Shown here: positions 61,032 to 64,000 of the stretch, piece after piece
Numbering within the stretch: the stretch's first letter is position 1
How the letters are laid out: every line of letters starts with the position of its first letter
NCBI GenBank assembly: GCA_034670305.1
Contig: JAXMNT010000008.1
Location: forward strand, 27,798 to 91,797
DNA from: Deltaproteobacteria bacterium
Lineage (GTDB): Bacteria; Myxococcota_A; Polyangia; Polyangiales; Houyiibacteriaceae
Direction of reading: 5' to 3'
Length of the DNA: 64,000 nt
Position numbers and translations under genes: made by a program
Notes under the pieces: generated by a model
What the model was told of the DNA's origin: nothing
The model's input: only the letters and a program-made list of their open reading frames with translations
Databases searched by the model: none

Positions 61032-61940
61032 CTACTTCTGGCGGCGGAAGCAGTCCTGCACGATGTGCAGCCGTTTTCGCAGACTGGCGCTGTCGTCGAT
61101 GAAACGGGTGGTCACCGAATCGTGGTACCCGCTCGCGTCGGGCAACCGGTCGTCGAGCTCTCGGTAGAACTGGATGATCCGCCGCATGCCGATCTCGCGA
61201 ACGTACTTGCCGACCATGCTGGCGATGCCGACGGGCAGATGGTGATCGTCGGCGCTCACTTCGAAGCGCACTTCTCCTTGCGTCGTTTGGTAGACGCTGG
61301 AGCGCGCTTGTTCTTCCTGGACCTTTACTTGGCCCAGCTGTGTGAACCGGGTGCCGTACGACTTGATGCCACCGATCTTGCCGCAGATCGCCAGCACCCT
61401 GCCCGCGGCCCGGTGGGCATCGACCAGCAGGTGTTCGAAGAGACGCAGATCGACGTCGAGTTTGTTGTGCCCGAGCGCAAGGTCCTCGTTCAGCGCTTTG
61501 GCGCACGCCAGCGACGTGCGGACTCGGGTGACACGCACCCCACCCTTCGCCAACCGCGCGAGCACGTCGCGGCCGTGCGCTGGGTCGCCGCCGTAGGTGG
61601 GCAGGCTCAAGGGTTCCGACCAACACTGCTGCGCCGTCGCATCGGTGGGACAGCGCGCCCGAAGGGAGAGCCGGCCGTCGATCGAGATCGCATCGAGCAG
61701 CTCGTCCGGGGTGGTCACCGGGCGGCCGAACGCGCGCTCCGCCAGCGCCAATGCCACCGACTCGATGCCGCCCATGCGCCCGAAGGCCCCCGTCTGCTTG
61801 CTGTCGCCCAGTCCGAGCGAGACGCCGAGCGCGCGCCACTTCGAGGCGTCGTACGCGTCCACCTCGATCGTCGCCGCGGTGGCCACGAGTGGCCCGAGCC
61901 GTGGCCCGAGGCCGTTCTCATCGATTCCGACGACGTACAT
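61032..61940 (-). CDS. Divergent RNase HII-like (type 2 RNase H fold) protein
   Basis: ATG verified at 61938-61940. MYVVGIDENGLGPRLGPLV compares with GxDExGRGxxxGPxV. Also LGDSKQT, SADDHHLPVGIASMVGKYVRE, GYHDS. About 100 aa longer than a typical RNase HII. Confidence 0.6.
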   Translation of the reverse strand: MYVVGIDENGLGPRLGPLVATAATIEVDAYDASKWRALGVSLGLGDSKQTGAFGRMGGIESVALALAERAFGRPVTTPDELLDAISIDGRLSLRARCPTDATAQQCWSEPLSLPTYGGDPAHGRDVLARLAKGGVRVTRVRTSLACAKALNEDLALGHNKLDVDLRLFEHLLVDAHRAAGRVLAICGKIGGIKSYGTRFTQLGQVKVQEEQARSSVYQTTQGEVRFEVSADDHHLPVGIASMVGKYVREIGMRRIIQFYRELDDRLPDASGYHDSVTTRFIDDSASLRKRLHIVQDCFRRQK

Positions 61941-62085
61941 GCCGGACCATAGCAGTGTGCACCGGCGGGCAACCCGGCGGGCACCGAGGGGTTCTTCGGG
62001 CACCGCGGTGTTCACCCCACCCTGGGCGGCAAATGAGGGAACGTCTTTGCAACCACCCACCGCAGGCGTATCCTCGGGGGGTTCG

Positions 62086-62862
62086 ATGAAGACACCTGCC
62101 GAAGGGGCGCGGCGAGGGGTGCACATCGGGGGCCTGGGAATGGCCGCCAATGTGGTCCGCGAAGCGCTTCATACCATTGCCAACCGCGAGGTCGCGGTCC
62201 GGATCATCACGCGCGCGCTGCACCACGCGCAGGAGCAGCAGATCCCCGCCGGTGGGCGTCGGCTCCGCATCTTCGTCGACCGACACCTCCGAACCGCCAC
62301 CGCGTTCGTGCTCGACGAGGATTCGGCAGAGCAGCTGTTGGCCCAACTCCAGCCGCTGCTCGCGCGCATTCCGAGCATCGAGCCGGTCGAACGAAGCCGG
62401 GCGGCCAAAGAACTCGACGATCACGTCGGCGTCGCCGGCATCGCGAGTCTCGACGACGAGACCAGCGGCATCATCTTGAGCCGCCCGACCGAAGCCGCCC
62501 CCGTCGACCGCACCGTCCTGATCGCCTCCAAGACCGAAGCGCTGATGGAGCAGCTCGGCGCGGCCGTCTCGGGCGCCCCGCTCTTGCTGATCGACGACAT
62601 CGTCACCCTCCTCGACCGGGTCAAAGAGAGCTTCGATCCACCCATCGTCATCGTCGATTGCAGCGCCCCCACGGTTCAGCCGACCACGCTCGCGACGATG
62701 GGCGAAGACCTCCCCGCCGGGGCCGAGGTGGTTCTGTGGGGTCCCGATCCGATCGACGAAGAGACCGCCCGCTCCCTCGTCGAGTCGCCCGACCGTTGGT
62801 ACAGCTGCGAGCCCGACCTCCAGTCGTTGATCGCCCTGCTCGGCAAACTGCTCCACGTCTGA
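62086..62862 (+). CDS. Hypothetical protein
   Basis: Start is ATG 62086 or 62140, within track ORF 61597..62862. Coding-like GC3. No recognisable motif. Confidence 0.55.
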   Translation: MKTPAEGARRGVHIGGLGMAANVVREALHTIANREVAVRIITRALHHAQEQQIPAGGRRLRIFVDRHLRTATAFVLDEDSAEQLLAQLQPLLARIPSIEPVERSRAAKELDDHVGVAGIASLDDETSGIILSRPTEAAPVDRTVLIASKTEALMEQLGAAVSGAPLLLIDDIVTLLDRVKESFDPPIVIVDCSAPTVQPTTLATMGEDLPAGAEVVLWGPDPIDEETARSLVESPDRWYSCEPDLQSLIALLGKLLHV

Positions 62863-62906
62863 CCGCCGAATCTGCGTTTCGCGCCGAGACCGACTAGGAT
62901 GGGGTC

Positions 62907-63800
62907 ATGCCCACCGCCCGACACCGTGCTTCGTCCATCTGGCGCGCGCTGTCCCTCGGCGTCTTGCTCGGGGGCCTGATGTGCGGCTGCGGCGGGCAAG
63001 CGCCGAGCGGCGAGACCGTCTCGCACGGCGACAGCGCGGGGGGCTGGCTCGAACACGGCGCGGTCCTGGCGAACGAAGGACCTGGCTTCGTCCGCGCCCG
63101 TCCCACCGACCCCACCCGCTTTGGACTCCCGCGCCTCGTGCAGCTGATCGAGGTCGCGTCCGCCAGCGTGCTCGAGGTCTACCCGGACTCGGCGCCGCTG
63201 CGGGTCGGTGATCTCTCCGCGCCCCTCGGCGGCCGCCACCACCGCCACCGCAGCCACCGCAGCGGCCGAGACGTGGACCTCATCCTGTACGCGACGGACT
63301 TGCAGGGCGAGAGCGTGCGGGGTCGCGGCTGGGTCGCGTACGACCGCCATGGTGTGGGCGTCGAGCCAACCGACCGAGGTGGTCGCGTGCTTCTCTTCGA
63401 CGATGCGCGGAACTGGCATCTGGTGCGCACGCTGCTGCTCGACGAAGAAGCGCAAGTGCAGTGGATCTTCATCTCGCGTGGACTCAAGGCGCGGCTTTTG
63501 CGCTACGCGGCCGCGCACGAGCCGAACCCGGAAGCGCTCTTCCGCGCGGCCTGGGCGCTGCACCAACCGACCCGGGGCAACCCGCACGCGGACCACTTCC
63601 ACGTCCGCATCGCCTGCGGAGCCACGCAGCGCGCGCTGGATTGCCGGGACCGCGGACCGATGTGGAGTTGGTGGCGGGACGCCGTCGTCAAGCGGGACGC
63701 CTACGCACCGCTGGACGACCAGAGCCTGCTGGCCCAGCTGCTCGCCGACGCGGACGCCGACGCAGACGATGCGGCCGGGGTCGAAGCGGCCTCGAACTGA
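62907..63800 (+). CDS. mepA: Penicillin-insensitive murein endopeptidase (peptidase M74), lipoprotein
   Basis: Lipobox LLGGLMCGC|GG. SHRSGRDVDL, WIFISRGLKARLL, NPHADHFHVRIAC. Confidence 0.85.
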   Translation: MPTARHRASSIWRALSLGVLLGGLMCGCGGQAPSGETVSHGDSAGGWLEHGAVLANEGPGFVRARPTDPTRFGLPRLVQLIEVASASVLEVYPDSAPLRVGDLSAPLGGRHHRHRSHRSGRDVDLILYATDLQGESVRGRGWVAYDRHGVGVEPTDRGGRVLLFDDARNWHLVRTLLLDEEAQVQWIFISRGLKARLLRYAAAHEPNPEALFRAAWALHQPTRGNPHADHFHVRIACGATQRALDCRDRGPMWSWWRDAVVKRDAYAPLDDQSLLAQLLADADADADDAAGVEAASN

Positions 63801-63869
63801 CCCCTCGCCCCCGGTGGCGCACGCCGCCCGCTTGCACCCACCCATGGAAGGTCTACGTTCGCCCGCCTC

Positions 63870-64000
63870 ATGGCACGACGAGACACGGACCCCAACACCG
63901 ACGCGGTTGAACGCGCCTGGGACCTCTTGACCGCGGGCGATCTCGAGGGGGCCCTCGAAGCCGGGCAAGCGGCCAGCGAACGGCTTGATTCACCAGAGGG
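63870..64000 (+). CDS. 5' fragment of an ORF running off the window (TPR-like start)
   Basis: ATG 63870: MARRDTDPNTDAVERAWDLLTAGDLEGALEAGQAASERLDSPE. Open to the window end. Confidence 0.35.
   Translation, partial: MARRDTDPNTDAVERAWDLLTAGDLEGALEAGQAASERLDSPE

Overview
This is a very GC-rich bacterial chromosomal segment; third codon positions are almost uniformly G/C. The gene content resembles a Myxococcota-type deltaproteobacterium: a eukaryote-like Ser/Thr kinase with FHA protein, an ECF sigma/FecR pair, MopE-like Cys-rich lipoproteins, a four-helix-bundle 'IVS' protein and a PilT paralogue. I can support 61 protein-coding genes. They comprise housekeeping genes (monomeric isocitrate dehydrogenase, EF-G, FabH, RNase HI, FKBP, MepA), an ada-alkB-UDG repair cluster, several LysR/TetR-controlled detox modules, a TonB-dependent receptor operon, and a roughly 10 kb co-directional signalling cluster. 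I saw no rRNA, tRNA, CRISPR, transposase, integrase or phage genes. Many long track ORFs are antisense or low-complexity artefacts of the GC content and were discarded. Several real genes start well inside their track ORF, and I checked those start codons base by base. The most unusual feature is a dispersed family of hexanucleotide microsatellite arrays with a TCGG/CCGA core. There are ten long arrays, roughly 4% of the window by hand tally. They lie in promoters, directly after stop codons, and in frame inside three genuine genes. I cannot assign them to any described element class. Other items worth a second look:
- a kinase / FHA / FCP1-type phosphatase module next to an ECF operon
- a divergent RNase HII-like gene
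- tandem Cys-rich lipoprotein paralogues
- a near-perfect 24-bp inverted repeat bracketing 143 bp
- several clean operator-like palindromes
All family assignments rest on motif recognition by eye. No database search or computation was run.
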